Of a stretch of 64,000 nucleotides of DNA, positions 1 to 9,551 are shown in pieces. Location: the NCBI GenBank assembly GCA_965652295.1, contig CBFGTS010000011.1:64001-128000 (forward strand). The letters run 5' to 3'. A model generated the notes under the pieces. It was not told the origin of the DNA. It made no database searches and saw nothing but the letters and a program-made list of their open reading frames with translations. Source of the DNA: an uncultured Haloferula sp. (GTDB lineage: Bacteria > Verrucomicrobiota > Verrucomicrobiia > Verrucomicrobiales > Akkermansiaceae). A program made the position numbers and the translations under genes. Numbering within the stretch: the stretch's first letter is position 1; every line of letters starts with the position of its first letter.

Positions 1-878
1 AGCGGAAGTACGTCGTCCATCGTAAAGGCATCGCCGGAGAGCCTCACCACCGCCCGCTCGCGGCCGGCCGGCAGGGCGGCTTGGAGGGAAACCACCGCAC
101 CTGCGGCGAGATCGAGGGTCTTCGGTTCGCTCGCGCTGCCGTCCGGATAGGTCACCTGCCAGGTGCGGTTCGCCTCGCGCGTGCCGTGGTTTCTCACCAG
201 CGCGTGCCACACGTCGGCCCCTTGCTCGCGGCTGAACCGAAGGCCGGTGAAGCCGACGTTTTCCTCCGGTGAACCGACCGCCAGCAGGCGCGCGTCGGAG
301 GGCAGCGATTCGACCGGTGTGTCGGTGGCGTACACCACGATGCCTTCGCGCCCGACGAGCGAGCGGGCGATGCGCAGCGCGGGGCCGGGGGCGAGCGTGC
401 CTTCCGTGGGCGTCCAGATTTCCAAGGCGGCGAGTGCGTCCTCGATTGAGACGCCGTGGTAGAGGCGTTCGCGACCGGGCGTGCTTTCGAGAACCGTCAG
501 CTCCAGCGTGGCCGCCGCTCCACGCAGAGGTGGGAGTTGCTCGCGCAGCGCCTGCATCAGCGGTTCGCGGAAGACGCTCATCGAGGCCGAGCCATCGAGC
601 ACCACCGCCACGCGTTGGGTGCTCTGCGGCCGCTGGTAGCGCGGCTCGGCGAGGATCCATGCGAGCAGCAGGACGCCCAACAACTGCATCCATAGTGGCA
701 CGGAATTCATCAACCGGTCGAAGCGCCGCCCGCTCGCGGACTCGCGCTGCGTCTTCGCCAGGAGGAAGAGCGTGGTGACCGGCAGCTCGCGCGCGCGGCG
801 CTGGAGAAAATGGATGGCCAGCACGGCGGGAATGCCGAGCAGGGCCCAGAGTCCGGCTGGATTGGCGAAGAACATCAT
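1..878 (-). CDS. BatA (aerotolerance N-terminal) and vWA domain protein, truncated by the window edge
   Basis: Hand translation from ATG 878 gives MMFFANPAGLWALLGIPAVLAIHFLQRRARELPVTTLFLL (BatA-like), later VVLDGSASM (DxSxS MIDAS). ATGA overlap with the DUF58 stop. Not in the ORF track because it runs off the window. Confidence 0.8.
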   Translation of the reverse strand, partial: MMFFANPAGLWALLGIPAVLAIHFLQRRARELPVTTLFLLAKTQRESASGRRFDRLMNSVPLWMQLLGVLLLAWILAEPRYQRPQSTQRVAVVLDGSASMSVFREPLMQALREQLPPLRGAAATLELTVLESTPGRERLYHGVSIEDALAALEIWTPTEGTLAPGPALRIARSLVGREGIVVYATDTPVESLPSDARLLAVGSPEENVGFTGLRFSREQGADVWHALVRNHGTREANRTWQVTYPDGSASEPKTLDLAAGAVVSLQAALPAGRERAVVRLSGDAFTMDDVLP

Positions 879-1759
879 CCGGCGGCGGTTTCGAAGGCGG
901 CTGCGGGCACGGCTTCGGCGAAGAGGGAGGTCTGGAGATCCGACCCGGCGGCGACGCGGGCGAAGGCGGCGTGATGACGGCGCGCCGCGTTTTTCCAGAG
1001 GGCGAAATGGCGGGTGTAGGCTTCCTTGTAGCGGCGCAGCACGTTCGGTTCGATGCGGTGCGGGTGACGGCTGCCGGCCTCGGCGTCGATGAACTCGACG
1101 TTGCCGTGCCACTCGGGATCCGCCTCGGCTCGGGAAAACGGCGCCAGCACGATGGGCGAGCCGTGACGGCCGGAAAGCAGGCGCAGCGGAGGCTCCGGAT
1201 CGCCCTCGAACAGCAAATCTGACACGAACACGCGGATCGCGTTCTGGCGCAGCGGGATGCGTGAGAGATCCGGCGACGAACTGGCGGCGGTGGCGGGCAG
1301 CGCGCGCGCGGTATCGAGCCATCGATGGGTCACGATTTCCTCCACCGGCACCGGGCGCATGGCGTCGCCGCGCACCAGGTGAACGGCGGTCGAGGCCCCG
1401 GAGTGGCGCGCGCTTTCCACCACGAGGTAGAACAACTCGACGGAGCGCGCTGCTTTCTCCGGCTCGAAAAACATCGATTCGGAGACATCGAGGACGACGT
1501 CGACCACCGGGCGGACTTCCTCGCGGTAGAGCTTCATCGTGTAGTGCCCGGTGCGCGCGTAGGCCTGCCAGTTGATATGCCGCGGGTCATCCCCGGGGAC
1601 GTAGGTCCGGTGGTCCTGGAAATCGAGCGACGAACCGGTGCCGGCCCCGTGAAACTCACCCGCGGCTCCTTTCCACACCCGCGACCGCAGTGGCAGCCGC
1701 AAGCGTCCCGCGGCGGCGAGCGCGCGGGCGTGGCAGGTGGCGAGGGTTTCCGGCGTCAT
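875..1759 (-). CDS. DUF58 domain protein (MoxR partner)
   Basis: GSSLDFQDHRTYVPGDDPRHINWQAYAR motif and DVSESM. Start placed at 1759 by ATGA overlap with the upstream stop. Confidence 0.9.
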   Translation of the reverse strand: MTPETLATCHARALAAAGRLRLPLRSRVWKGAAGEFHGAGTGSSLDFQDHRTYVPGDDPRHINWQAYARTGHYTMKLYREEVRPVVDVVLDVSESMFFEPEKAARSVELFYLVVESARHSGASTAVHLVRGDAMRPVPVEEIVTHRWLDTARALPATAASSSPDLSRIPLRQNAIRVFVSDLLFEGDPEPPLRLLSGRHGSPIVLAPFSRAEADPEWHGNVEFIDAEAGSRHPHRIEPNVLRRYKEAYTRHFALWKNAARRHHAAFARVAAGSDLQTSLFAEAVPAAAFETAAG

Positions 1760-3249
1760 GGGTGCGGACGGCATTGGTGTTCGATCGCGCGGACCTTCCC
1801 GAGTTGCAGCAACGCGGCCACCACAACAATGCCGAGATAGAGCGAGGTGAAGATGGAGAGGACGACCCACAGAGTCGAATCGCGGTACTGGCCGCCGGAT
1901 TCCATCATCACGAGGCCGACGCCGGGGAGCCATGAAAACGCCCAGAGGAACCCGCGCTCACCGCGTGAAACGGCCTCCGCGAGCACAACGAGCACCATCA
2001 CGAGGATGATGTTGGTGAGCAGGATCAGGATGCAACGCGTGAAACGTTTCGGCGCGTCGTTGCGGAAGAAGGAGAGCAGCGTGGCGGGGAAAATCAGCGC
2101 CATGAGGAACGAGAGGAGAACGACGTAGCTGGTCGTATGGCTACCCGGATAGCGGCTGTAGTGGTTGTAGGTGACGGCGACGGTGGCGGCGGTGAGTCCG
2201 AGCACCGGCAGCAGCCAGAGCACGGCGGAGGGCCAGCCGGGGTAAAGAAAGCGCCCTGCGAGGCGGCCGAGGGCTCTGTTCCGAACAAACGGAGCGCAGT
2301 GGGGCGGCAGCAGGGCGAAGGGTTCGGCCAGCGCCAGGAAGGCGACCGGGGCGATGAGGAAGAACAGGATGGTGAACGTCGCGCCCGCCGAAAGCGCGGG
2401 GATCGCCGCGCGGATGCCGAGGAAAACGAAGAGCAGCGCCAGCGTGACGATGCGCCGGACGGTGCTGTGGTTCTCGGCGGCCGGGGCGATCATCGATGCG
2501 CCGATGCCGAGCGCGAGCCAGGAGAAATAAGTAAAGCCGGCGACCAGGCTGAAGACGACCCAGCGACCCTCGGAATCCTGGAGGGCGAAGATTTCGATCA
2601 ACTCCAGGAAGTCCCGGTCGAAGACGAAGGCGGGGATGAAGATGATGCCTGACGCCAGCCCGAGCAGCGGCAGCAGCCCGCGGATCAGTACGCTGGGAAT
2701 TGCGGAAATGCCGATGACCGTCGCAGTGAGTGCGGCCGAAACGAGCAGGATGAAGGCAAGCAGGTGAAGTTCGCCGAACAGGTTCATCTCGCCGAACCAG
2801 TAGCGCAGCACGAGGTAGGGCAGCACCGCGGCGAAGAGCAGCGCGGACTGGGCGACGATCGAGACCCATTTCCCCAGAACGATCCGCCACGCGCTGAGAC
2901 GGGTGAGCACCATGAGTTCGAGGGTGTTGGCGTCGATCTCGCGATGCAGCGCACCGATCCCGCGCATCGGCTGGATCACGATCAGGGCGAGACCGTAGAA
3001 GAGGAAGACGATGCGGCTCACGGCCACACCGGCATCGCCCGGATCGCGGGTGGCGGCGATAAAGGTGAGCATCAGCAGCGCCAGAATCCCCTGGAGGATG
3101 AGGAAGACGGCGACGAAACTCTTCGCCCGCAGACCCTGGCGCAGCTCCTTGACCAGCATCGGGGAAAGCCGGTCGCTGAAGTCCCTCAGGCGGTCCGCGA
3201 CCCAGACGGGTGCGGGCTCCGGCGCGGTAGCGGGTGGGGTTTCCGGCAT
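1756..3249 (-). CDS. ABC-2-like multi-pass membrane permease
   Basis: SPMLVKELRQGLR N-terminus, EIDANTLELMVLTRLSAWRIVLGKW motif and many hydrophobic helices. Follows the ABC ATPase; start taken at ATG 3249. Confidence 0.75.
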   Translation of the reverse strand: MPETPPATAPEPAPVWVADRLRDFSDRLSPMLVKELRQGLRAKSFVAVFLILQGILALLMLTFIAATRDPGDAGVAVSRIVFLFYGLALIVIQPMRGIGALHREIDANTLELMVLTRLSAWRIVLGKWVSIVAQSALLFAAVLPYLVLRYWFGEMNLFGELHLLAFILLVSAALTATVIGISAIPSVLIRGLLPLLGLASGIIFIPAFVFDRDFLELIEIFALQDSEGRWVVFSLVAGFTYFSWLALGIGASMIAPAAENHSTVRRIVTLALLFVFLGIRAAIPALSAGATFTILFFLIAPVAFLALAEPFALLPPHCAPFVRNRALGRLAGRFLYPGWPSAVLWLLPVLGLTAATVAVTYNHYSRYPGSHTTSYVVLLSFLMALIFPATLLSFFRNDAPKRFTRCILILLTNIILVMVLVVLAEAVSRGERGFLWAFSWLPGVGLVMMESGGQYRDSTLWVVLSIFTSLYLGIVVVAALLQLGKVRAIEHQCRPHP

Positions 3250-3254
3250 GGTCT

Positions 3255-4253
3255 TCAGGGCGCGAAGGTGGGCGGCGCGGTGGGCATTTCGGCGGGCACC
3301 GCATTTTCCTGATCGAGGCGCCCGAGCATGTCGATGAAGGCGTCCTCCAGGTTGCGCTGTTCGCGGTGGAACTCGGTGATATGGAGCTCGTCCTTCACCA
3401 TTCGGGCGAGCACGAAGGCGGCGCGATCGGGCTCGTTGCCCTCGATGCGGATCCGGCCGCCGAGCTTGCGGGCTTCGAGGAACTCCACGTGCGGATTGAC
3501 CGCGCACCACTCCGCCAGCCGCGCGGGATCTCCGGCCACCTGCACGTCGTAGAGCATGCCTCCGCCGGTGTCGGTGCCGTTGCGCAGCGATTCGGCGTCA
3601 CCGTGATGGACGATGCGGCCGTTGTTCACGAACAGCAGGGAGTCGCACATCTCGCCCAGCTCGGAGAGGATGTGGGAGGAGATGAAGATGGTTTTTCCCT
3701 CCTGGGCGAGAACGCGGATGAGGTGCTTCAGCTCGACGCGGGCCTTCGGGTCGAGCCCTGCGGCGGGCTCATCCATGATCAGCACCTGCGGGTCGTGCAG
3801 CAGCGCGCGGCCGAGGCAGAGGCGTTGTGTGAGGCCCTTGGAAAGCTTGTTCGAAAAGCGGTCGGCGAGCGGAATGAGGTCGGTGAACTCCATCACCTCC
3901 TGCACCCGCTCACGACGTTCGTCGCCGGAATAGCCGAAGGCGCGGGCGTAGAAATCGAGGTATTCGAGCACCGTCATGTGCTCGTAGTTGCCGAAGTGGT
4001 CGGGCATCCAGCCGATCAGCCGGCGGACTTGTTCCGGGTGATGGACCACGTTGATTCCGCAGATCTCGGCCGTTCCCATCGTCGGATAGTCGAGGCTGGC
4101 GAGGATGCGCATGGTGGTGGTCTTGCCGGCACCATTGGCTCCGACGAAACCGCACACCGAGCCGTGAGGGATCTCAAAGGAAATCCCGTTCACAGCCTTC
4201 AGTTGGCCGAAGTAGCGGTAGAGGTTGTGGACTCGGATGGCGCTGTCGGACAT
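3255..4253 (-). CDS. ABC transporter ATP-binding protein (ABC-2/DrrA type)
   Basis: Walker A GANGAGKTT, signature LSKG, Walker B LIMDEP, SSH motif. Confidence 0.93.
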   Translation of the reverse strand: MSDSAIRVHNLYRYFGQLKAVNGISFEIPHGSVCGFVGANGAGKTTTMRILASLDYPTMGTAEICGINVVHHPEQVRRLIGWMPDHFGNYEHMTVLEYLDFYARAFGYSGDERRERVQEVMEFTDLIPLADRFSNKLSKGLTQRLCLGRALLHDPQVLIMDEPAAGLDPKARVELKHLIRVLAQEGKTIFISSHILSELGEMCDSLLFVNNGRIVHHGDAESLRNGTDTGGGMLYDVQVAGDPARLAEWCAVNPHVEFLEARKLGGRIRIEGNEPDRAAFVLARMVKDELHITEFHREQRNLEDAFIDMLGRLDQENAVPAEMPTAPPTFAP

Positions 4254-4272
4254 GGGAAATCTACGGGCGTGT

Positions 4273-6036
4273 TCAGCGGGCGACCGGACCGGTCAGGACG
4301 GTGGTGGTGGATTGCCAGCGGATGGACGGAAAGGTCTCGATGGCGGGGGCTTCGGTGGTGAGGGCGATGAAGTGGTCACTCCGCGGAGCGACCTGCTGGA
4401 GCATCCGGCGGTGGCGCGCACCGAAGAGGTCGGAGGTCTCGGCCAGCGCGGTCTTGCGTGTTTTGGCATCGATGGTCACCGCCTCGACCGGTTTCCCGGC
4501 TTCCAGGTTGCGCGCGATCCAGTGGGCTCCGCTACGGTCGGTGTAGTAGAGGGTTTCGAGGGGGAAATCGAACGAGGAGACCAGTTTCGGAGCCCCGGTG
4601 CCGTTCTGCTCACGGACCTCGATACGGCCGCGGGTGGGCACGATGGCTTCGACGACCTGGCCTTGTTCGGAGCGGCTGCTGAACCAATCGCCGCCGAGAC
4701 GCAGGCCTTCGTCAGTAAAAGCCGTGGTGTAGACGAAGTCTTCGGCACCCATGCCGGACTTGAGGCGTGTCCAGGGACCGTCGGCGATCGGCACCGGTGC
4801 GATCACCGCCTCCTCGTTAACGGTGAAGGACGACCCGAGCAGCACACCGGTGCGGCTGACCTGCTCCTGGTGGACGTAGGCGCGGTTTTCATCGCCACCC
4901 GCCCGCACTTCGATCAAGGCCACTCTTTCGCCGCGGCCGCCGATGCCATCGCGCATCAAAATGAGACCGAGCAGCAGCGCGCAGGTGGCCAGGGAAATGA
5001 TCGGCGTGGTGATGAACAGCCGGTGACGACGGCCGGACTTGGCGAAAACGAAGAGGTTCACCGGCCCGACGACCACGCCGAAAGCGATCAGCACCACGAT
5101 GAACAGCGCGTAGTTGAAAGCGCGGGAGCCGAAGCGGACATGCAGCGGCCAGACCGACGAGTAGTCTTGTTCCAAGCTGAGCAGGCGCGAGTCGGAGTGG
5201 CTGCGGAGACGCGTAACCACGGTCGGCGCATCGAGTTTGAGATCGGCGGGCACATCGCCGAGCGAGACCGAACCGAAGCCATAGGTTCGGTTGCTTTGTC
5301 CCTCGTCCACTTCGATGCCGAGACTGGCGAAGGTGGCCGGGCTGCCTCCGACCCGCAGGATTTCGAGATCCGCGCCGAGGCGGCACCACTCCAGAATGGC
5401 GGCGCGGGCTGGCGGGGAGAGGTCGAGCCAATCGGCATCGGTCAGCATCAGCAGATCGTATCCGGCATAGGCGCGCCAGTCGGCGGGCATGCGTTTGGGA
5501 TCGAAGCTGGCGGCGAACGAATAGGTCCGGTAGCCGCTCGACGAGGTGTTGAGCTCCTTGTCGAGTTCGCCGCGATTCGGGGTGAAAAGCGCCTCGGACA
5601 GAAGTACGGCGGGCATGGTAGGCGACCACTCGCCTTCGAGACCTCCCTCAAGCCGGCCGAAGGAGCCGCTGGAGATCACCGACACGCTGGCGTCGATCTC
5701 CGAGCCGCTCAGCAGGGCGGTGTTGAGCGGCACGAGCAGATCGCGCGTGACGGTGCCGCCGGCAGGGAGATCGATTTCGAACGACGATGACATCTCCGAC
5801 CCCGCTCCGGTCACGGAAACGGCCCGCAGGTTGAGCGTGCCGTCGGTTTCCCGCTGGTTCGCGCCGGTCACGCGGACCGGCAGAAATCCGCCGGGCGCGG
5901 GCATGCTGAAGAGCGCGGTGACCTCGATGCGGGTGCGGTCGGTCGGATGGCGCGGCTCCGGCGCGAGTTGGAAAAGCGACTCCTGGGCGGAGACCAGCGG
6001 AGCCAGCAGCAGCAGGGCGAAGGTGCGAAATCTCAT
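4273..6036 (-). CDS. Conserved hypothetical membrane protein with signal peptide (MoxR-operon associated)
   Basis: 587 aa with an N-terminal signal peptide and two central TM helices (VVVGPVNLFVF). Tightly packed in the operon. Confidence 0.7.
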   Translation of the reverse strand: MRFRTFALLLLAPLVSAQESLFQLAPEPRHPTDRTRIEVTALFSMPAPGGFLPVRVTGANQRETDGTLNLRAVSVTGAGSEMSSSFEIDLPAGGTVTRDLLVPLNTALLSGSEIDASVSVISSGSFGRLEGGLEGEWSPTMPAVLLSEALFTPNRGELDKELNTSSSGYRTYSFAASFDPKRMPADWRAYAGYDLLMLTDADWLDLSPPARAAILEWCRLGADLEILRVGGSPATFASLGIEVDEGQSNRTYGFGSVSLGDVPADLKLDAPTVVTRLRSHSDSRLLSLEQDYSSVWPLHVRFGSRAFNYALFIVVLIAFGVVVGPVNLFVFAKSGRRHRLFITTPIISLATCALLLGLILMRDGIGGRGERVALIEVRAGGDENRAYVHQEQVSRTGVLLGSSFTVNEEAVIAPVPIADGPWTRLKSGMGAEDFVYTTAFTDEGLRLGGDWFSSRSEQGQVVEAIVPTRGRIEVREQNGTGAPKLVSSFDFPLETLYYTDRSGAHWIARNLEAGKPVEAVTIDAKTRKTALAETSDLFGARHRRMLQQVAPRSDHFIALTTEAPAIETFPSIRWQSTTTVLTGPVAR

Positions 6037-6039
6037 GCC

Positions 6040-7056
6040 TCAGGCAGGATGGCTGGAAGTCATCACCCGCGGCGTGCCGGAGGCCTGGCCGGGCACCTCG
6101 TCGAGAATCGAACGGACGACGTCGTTCTGCGAAATCCCTTCGACCCGCGCATTGTATTCGAGCACCAGGCGGTGGCGCAGCACCGCGGGGGCGACGAAGC
6201 GGACGTCCTCGAAAGAGGCGTTCACGCGGCCGTTCATCAGCGCGCGGGCCTTGGCGGCGGAGGCCAGCGAAAGCGCGGCGCGCGGGCTGGCCCCGTAACG
6301 CACGCTGCGCGAGGCGGCGGATTGGCCCGGGTGGGTGGCATCGACGAGCCGGGCGATGTAGTTGGCGACGACTTCCGGAAGGAAGATCCGTCGCACCAGG
6401 GTGAGGATCGCTTCGAGGTCCTCCGCACTCATGATCGCCTCCACGACCGGTTCGGCTCCGAGTTCGCGCTGGGTGACGATTTTCTCCAGCGTCTGCACGC
6501 TGTTGCGGGTGACCTCGAGTTTGAAAAGGAAGCGGTCGAGCTGCGCCTCGGGCAGCGGGTAGGTGCCTTCCAGCTCGATCGGGTTCTGCGTGGCGAGGAC
6601 GAAGAACGGTTTCGGCAGCTCGTGCGTCTGGCCGAGGACCGTGACGCGCCGCTCCTGCATGGCTTCGAGCAGGGCGGACTGGGTTTTCGGCGAGGCGCGG
6701 TTGATCTCGTCGGCCAGCACGATGTTGGTGAAGAGCGGTCCCGGCTGGAACACGAACTCGCGGCGTCCCTCGACCTCCTGGAGGACCGGGTTGCCCGTGA
6801 TGTCGCCCGGCAGCAGGTCCGGCGTGAACTGGATCCGCTTGGTGCCGAGGTGGAGGGTCTTGGACAAGCCCTTGACCAGCTCCGTTTTCCCGAGGCCCGG
6901 CAGGCCTTCGAGCAGGATGTGGCCGCGGGAGAGCACGCCGGTGAGGACCAGCTCGACGAGTTCTTCCTGGCCGAACAGGACCTGGTTGAGCGCCGCGGTC
7001 AGAGAGCGGACGTGTTTGCCGGCGGCGGCGACTTCGGTTTCGGAGGCGAATTCCAT
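6040..7056 (-). CDS. moxR: MoxR family AAA+ ATPase
   Basis: GLPGLGKT, RIQFTPDLLPGDITG, LADEINRASPKTQSALLEAMQE, TQNPIELEGTYPLPEAQLDRF. Confidence 0.95.
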   Translation of the reverse strand: MEFASETEVAAAGKHVRSLTAALNQVLFGQEELVELVLTGVLSRGHILLEGLPGLGKTELVKGLSKTLHLGTKRIQFTPDLLPGDITGNPVLQEVEGRREFVFQPGPLFTNIVLADEINRASPKTQSALLEAMQERRVTVLGQTHELPKPFFVLATQNPIELEGTYPLPEAQLDRFLFKLEVTRNSVQTLEKIVTQRELGAEPVVEAIMSAEDLEAILTLVRRIFLPEVVANYIARLVDATHPGQSAASRSVRYGASPRAALSLASAAKARALMNGRVNASFEDVRFVAPAVLRHRLVLEYNARVEGISQNDVVRSILDEVPGQASGTPRVMTSSHPA

Positions 7057-7180
7057 ACGGTTCTAACGAAAGAGTCTGCCGGGATTATTGGAGGGATTCA
7101 TGAATGCGCGATGAAAAACCTTGGAAGCTTGCCGCGCCGTTTCCCGCCAGCGTGCTCGCACGGCTTTTCCATGGAAACGC

Positions 7181-7213
7181 AAAACCCGCCCGACGGGACG
7201 CGTCGGGCGGGTT
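7181..7213 (-). terminator. Rho-independent terminator of the LysM gene
   Basis: Perfect 13-bp stem AACCCGCCCGACG/CGTCGGGCGGGTT ending in TTTT on the minus strand. Confidence 0.7.
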
Positions 7214-7262
7214 GCCATGCCCCTTGTTGACGGGCGTTTCTCAGCGAGGAAGTCGGCCTCTA

Positions 7263-8132
7263 TTAAGGCTGAGCGGGAATATAGAGTTCCGACCCTTCGG
7301 CAAGGACCTGACCTGGTTCGAGGTTCAGTCCGTTGAGAGCGTTGAGTTTGGCAGGGCTGGCGCCATACCGGTTGGCGAAATCGTTGAAGCTGATTTTCTC
7401 CGTGATGCGGATCGAGCGCACGGTGGTCCGCTGGCTGACGGTGCGGGTGGAGCCGCTCTCCGCTTTGCGCGGTGTGGGCACTTCATTCTTGGCCGGGGCA
7501 TCAGGCCGCGGGCTCTCGGTCACGGCCGGGGCGGAAGTCTCGCGGGAAAGCTTGAGCGATTGCCCGATGCGAAGCGCGTTGGGATTCACTTCCGGATTGG
7601 CGCGGGAGAGATCATCGACGCTCAATCCGCGGCGGCGGGCGATGCTGTAGAAGGTTTCGCCAGCGGCCACCTTGTGCACCGGGGTGTCGGCGGCCACGGC
7701 AGGGGTCGGTTTGGACTCCTCGCCCGCAGTGATGCGGAGTTTCTGGCCAATGCGGATCAGCCCGGCGTTGCGCAGGCCGTTCAGCTTCACCAGAGCCGAG
7801 GTCGAGGTGCTGTGCTTGCGGGCGATGACCGAGAGGGTTTCGCCCGACTTGACGGTGTGGTAAACGGGCTCTTTCGCCGCGGCGGGGGCCGGGGAGGGCG
7901 CGGTGGCTTCGGCCGTGCGGACGATCTCCTCCTTCTTGGAGGGGGCGGTTACCTCCGATTCCCGATGTTCGGTGAGCAGCTCGCGAAGTCGGCTGTTTTC
8001 CAGCTCAAGCCGGCGGATCTGCCGTTCCTGCTCATCACAACGATGGCGAAGGGCGTCGGCGCTTTCCGCGGCCGAGGCCAGCGGCAGGGTCAAGACGCAG
8101 GAGCTGAAGAGAATCGTGGCCAGCGCTTTCAT
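7263..8132 (-). CDS. Secreted LysM peptidoglycan-binding protein (coiled coil plus about 3 LysM domains)
   Basis: Signal peptide; HTVKSGETLSVIARKH, HKVAAGETFYSIARRRG and a degenerate third LysM repeat. Confidence 0.9.
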   Translation of the reverse strand: MKALATILFSSCVLTLPLASAAESADALRHRCDEQERQIRRLELENSRLRELLTEHRESEVTAPSKKEEIVRTAEATAPSPAPAAAKEPVYHTVKSGETLSVIARKHSTSTSALVKLNGLRNAGLIRIGQKLRITAGEESKPTPAVAADTPVHKVAAGETFYSIARRRGLSVDDLSRANPEVNPNALRIGQSLKLSRETSAPAVTESPRPDAPAKNEVPTPRKAESGSTRTVSQRTTVRSIRITEKISFNDFANRYGASPAKLNALNGLNLEPGQVLAEGSELYIPAQP

Positions 8133-8276
8133 GATGGGGTGGAGATTTTCAAAAAAGTTAGGTTAGATCAATTAGAATTTAGAATTTCTTAAATATTGGG
8201 CGCAAATCCGTCCTCAAGTCGTTGAGAATCAATTTTTTCGCTGAGTCGTCTGATGGACGCAGGGGCCGCCGAGGCC

Positions 8277-9479
8277 TCAGGAGTCGCCTTGATCGGCCTC
8301 TTCGGGAGTGCCGGTGGTGACGGGCGCGGCCTCGATGATTTCCACCGGGGCGCCATCGGGGGCGTAGGGAAGGCGGGTGGTGGCGAGCCACTGCCCGGCT
8401 TCCAGTCCTTCGGCGATGACCAGCGTATCGGCGGTGGACCAGATGGGGTTGATTTTGGTGCGAAGGATCGCGGGTTCGTCGTGATCGACGAGGTAGACGG
8501 TATTCACGCCACGCAGGGCATGGCGGGGAATAACGATGACGTTTTCCAGCACGTGTCCCTCGATCGTGGCGCGGACCGGCTGACCGATCCGCAGCGGCTC
8601 GTGCCGGGAATGGAGGCCGAAGGGGTCGTCGATGCGGGCGATGACGAAAAGCTCCCGCGATGCGGGGTCGAGGGCACCCTCGGTGCGGACGATCCGGCCG
8701 GACCAGGTGGCGGGTTCGGCCGCGGGGGTGATGCCGAGGGCGTCGGTGAGGGTGACGGGGAGGGACGGATCGCTTTCCTGAACGGGGAGGTCGATGAACG
8801 CGAGCTGCTCGGGGGTGAGGGGCAACCGGACTTCCGCGAAATCCGTGGCGAAGAGGGTGCCGAGGTCGGTGGAGGCACCGACGGATTGGCCGAGACCGAC
8901 GAGTCGCTGCCGGACCCGCCCGTCGAAGGGTGCGCGGATCTTGGTGCGCTGGAGGTTGCGTTCGGCCTGATCGAGTTCGGCGCGGGCGGCATCGACGGTG
9001 GCGCGCGCTTGTTTGAGCTGGGGAATCCGCAGTACCAGCTCGGAGGGATCCTCATCGTAGCCGAGGTCCTCCCAATTCAGCCGGGCTTGGCGGGCGCGGG
9101 CTTCTTCCTGAGCGAGGGCGGCCTCGGCCTGGGCGAGCCGGGAGCGGGCACCTTCGACGGTCGCGGTGAAGTCCGCGGGATCGAGTTCCGCAAGAACATC
9201 GCCCTTTTTGAAGAACGCGCCGTCCTCGAAGTTGGAGTGGATGGAAACGATGGTGCCGGAGACGGTGGGCGTCAGTGGCGTTTCATGGTGGGCGCGGACG
9301 ACGCCCTGCGAATCGAGCAGGACGCGGTAGTCGGTCCGTTGCAGCTCGGCGACCTCGGTTTTGAGCTTCTGGGGCTCGACGTGTTCCATCTCCGGCGGCG
9401 GCTCCGGAATGGAGATGCGCCATGCCAGCAGGCCGCCGATGCAGAGAATGACGAAGGGAATCAGGGTGCGGGTCAGCAT
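8277..9479 (-). CDS. RND-type efflux periplasmic adaptor (MFP) subunit
   Basis: N-terminal TM helix, lipoyl-like VSGTIV...KKGDVLAELD, helical hairpin, TKIRAPFDGRV. Confidence 0.9.
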   Translation of the reverse strand: MLTRTLIPFVILCIGGLLAWRISIPEPPPEMEHVEPQKLKTEVAELQRTDYRVLLDSQGVVRAHHETPLTPTVSGTIVSIHSNFEDGAFFKKGDVLAELDPADFTATVEGARSRLAQAEAALAQEEARARQARLNWEDLGYDEDPSELVLRIPQLKQARATVDAARAELDQAERNLQRTKIRAPFDGRVRQRLVGLGQSVGASTDLGTLFATDFAEVRLPLTPEQLAFIDLPVQESDPSLPVTLTDALGITPAAEPATWSGRIVRTEGALDPASRELFVIARIDDPFGLHSRHEPLRIGQPVRATIEGHVLENVIVIPRHALRGVNTVYLVDHDEPAILRTKINPIWSTADTLVIAEGLEAGQWLATTRLPYAPDGAPVEIIEAAPVTTGTPEEADQGDS

Positions 9480-9551
9480 TGGGGCGGGCGGACTGTCGGT
9501 GAGGAGTCGGACTTTGCCAAATACGAAGGACGGGCGGAAATGTTGCGCCGT

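Noticed and set aside
8135..8240. AT-rich stretch with short TTAGAAT repeats
   Set aside because: Best explained as the promoter region of the LysM gene; too short and irregular to call an element.
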